Of a stretch of 64,000 nt of DNA, positions 63,100 to 64,000 are shown piece by piece. A program made the position numbers and the translations under genes. Positions within the stretch are counted from its first letter, which is position 1, and every line of letters starts with the position of its first letter. The notes beneath the pieces were generated by a model. It ran no database searches, was not told the DNA's origin, and worked only from the letters and a program-made list of their open reading frames with translations. The stretch is from Vicugna vicugna (lineage: Eukaryota), in the NCBI GenBank assembly GCA_013265495.1, contig MU058065.1, positions 7,874,302 through 7,938,301 on the forward strand, read 5' to 3'.

Positions 63100-64000
63100 A
63101 TTGGTCCCTCCTTTGAATGACAAAACTTTCCAGCCACTTCTATCATCTGCCTCCATTTCCTCACCACTGCCTCTACTCTGACTCCCCCTGCTTGCCTCCT
63201 CTGTCTCCAGCCCCCAGGAAAACCCTGCACCAGGCCATCCAGCCATCGAGCTTGGCGTAGATGGGCTTTAGTTCAGTACTAGCTTTTCTTGCCCCGGTGG
63301 CTGTATGGAGCATCACGGACCACCTCCTCCCCCTGAGATGTTTTCCTCTTTTGACATTCCAGATGACTCTATCCCAGTCCTTCTGTCTTACCATTTTCAC
63401 GGTCTCCTTCTCTGGGTTTCTTCCTCCTCCTTCCCTTTAAACACAGATCTTCCCCAGAGTTCAGGCACTTCTTAATCTGCTCCTCTCTTTCCCTTGAAAA
63501 TCAACTCAAGCCCATAATGTCATCCCTCCGTTTCCTATCAATTGCTCCAAAGTCTGCAGCTCCGTCCCTCACCTGTTCAGACAAACCAACTGTCTGCCCA
63601 TAGTTTTGTTATTTCATGTTGCTACTACCTCAGACTCAACATCCCTCAACCTGAACACAATTCCCTACCCTCCAAACGGTCCCCTGTTCTGATTCTTGGC
63701 TCTTATTCATGTAACATCACCCTCCTTCTCATCCTGACCTGAAACTCTGAGAAACATTGATCCTTCACCTCTCCTAAGTTCCCCACGTGCAGCCAGCTGA
63801 TTCGTTCTTCAAAATTTCTCTCTCAATAGAATAAATGACTATTCATTCTCATTGCCACAGTCCTCTCTCACCAGGACTGTACAAATAGTCATATATGCCT
63901 CCTCCCAACTGCTATGGGAACTTTGCACAAAAACCCATTTCCTTCACACTCGACTTACTCTGCTTCTATCACCCATCAGTTCTCAGCCTTCACATCACTT
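63100..64000 (+). mobile_element. L2 LINE (degenerate ORF2/3' region), runs off the window
   Basis: catctgcctccatttcctcacc..gaccacctcctccccctgaga..tacctcagactcaacatccctcaacctgaac..gaaactctgagaaacatt. Confidence 0.7.

Noticed and set aside
1..64000. CRISPR array, operon or prokaryote-type defence/mobile system
   Set aside because: No regularly spaced repeat-spacer array and no gene-dense operon; the repeat landscape is eutherian.

Overview
This is mammalian nuclear DNA, not microbial. It is most likely from a camelid (camel, alpaca or llama), inferred from two tRNA-derived Vic-1-like SINEs, a cetartiodactyl-type L1 3' end and an artiodactyl-type Tigger2a MITE. I found no intact protein-coding gene or recognisable coding exon, so the window looks intergenic or deep-intronic. 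The one gene-derived sequence is a full-length processed FABP5 pseudogene at about 42970-43656 (+), with a poly(A) remnant and diverged target-site duplications (TSDs). A ~220-bp near-perfect tandem duplication lies about 110 bp upstream of it. Much of the rest is ancient interspersed repeat: MIR, L2, L1MC, MaLR MLT1 LTRs, ERVL LTR16/LTR33 with a dUTPase remnant, and hAT/Tigger MITEs. Several repeats are nested, and one L1 has a 5' inversion. A few non-repeat blocks carry promoter- or enhancer-like motif clusters or exon-like splice signals; these are low-confidence leads. Repeat names come from recalled consensus sequences, not a database search, and the boundaries of old repeats are approximate. 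I do not see evidence for a novel multi-gene biological system.
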